A stretch of DNA of 63,039 bases, filler included, from Choristocarpus tenellus KU-1152 (taxonomy: Eukaryota; Protista; Phaeophyceae): NCBI GenBank assembly GCA_964200185.2. It is 14 parts of 14 records of this genome, joined end to end, with 100 filler letters (N's around TTAATTAATTAA, not from the genome) between each part and the next. Parts side by side here need not be neighbours in the genome. Positions count along the whole stretch, not along the records: positions 59,835 to 63,039 come from CAXNAD020021563.1; 13 more parts are not named here. The stretch is one strand, 5' to 3'. A program made the position numbers and the translations under genes. The notes beneath the pieces were generated by a model that saw only the letters and a list, made by a program, of their open reading frames with translations, ran no database searches and had not been told where the DNA came from. Below are positions 62,718-63,039 of this stretch, one piece after another (position 1 is the stretch's first letter; every line of letters begins with the position of its first letter).

Positions 62718-62898
62718 ACCGATCTTGATTTTTTTGAAAAGGCCTTGAAAATGTTTCGGAATGAATTGTCCCGACCAACAATATTTTTGCGAAAGAATTC
62801 CTTTGCGTAAATCGATAGCCTAGATCCAGAGCTTCCATTTGATATGCTGATCGTTGACTAACTCGTTGGCCAACCTTTTCAAAAAAATCAAGATTGGT
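62718..62898. mobile_element. Putative MITE or inverted-repeat element
   Basis: 25-bp IR ACCGATCTTGATTTTTTTGAAAAGG / CCTTTTCAAAAAAATCAAGATTGGT (1 mismatch). Confidence 0.5.
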
Positions 62899-63039
62899 AA
62901 CTGCTAAAACGGTACGTGGGCGGACCTCGGCTTAATACTGTTTAAGCCACTCACAGGATACTGTGACGGACAATGAGCTCCGAGTTGTGGCCTGCCCCTC
63001 ACAAGACACTGTGAATTGAACCCGATAGAGATGGTCTGG

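Overview
Eukaryotic, intron-rich genomic DNA. It is not one locus: 14 short contigs are joined by artificial 100-bp N-TTAATTAATTAA-N spacers (4490-4589, 9252-9351, 14316-14415, 18553-18652, 21755-21854, 24958-25057, 31637-31736, 34988-35087, 39355-39454, 45428-45527, 51631-51730, 55096-55195, 59735-59834), so adjacency across spacers has no meaning. Long GT-AG introns, microsatellites, interstitial (TTAGGG)n and the gene set suggest a stramenopile, plausibly a brown alga or relative (inference only). Partial spliced genes were reconstructed by hand: DDX21/RH7-like and DDX55/Spb4-like DEAD-box helicases, a SAC3/GANP-like protein, M3 oligopeptidase A, CDP-diacylglycerol synthase, GH30 glucosylceramidase, alternative oxidase, a CocE/NonD-like hydrolase, a CDC48-like AAA ATPase and an unknown gene. 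Mobile or foreign DNA includes copia and gypsy relics joined through two foldback inversions, about 15 copies of related MITEs with CAAAGTATCT-type TIRs and mostly 4-bp TSDs (Sola2-like), an intron-containing DNC..NKN..GHTH..D transposase, a bacterial (Rickettsiales-like) histidine-kinase fragment inside an intron, a degenerate 75-bp LRR-coding array and a possible SF3 helicase relic. About 7 of 24 inferred host 3' splice sites are AAG. All family assignments come from motif recognition, not database searches.
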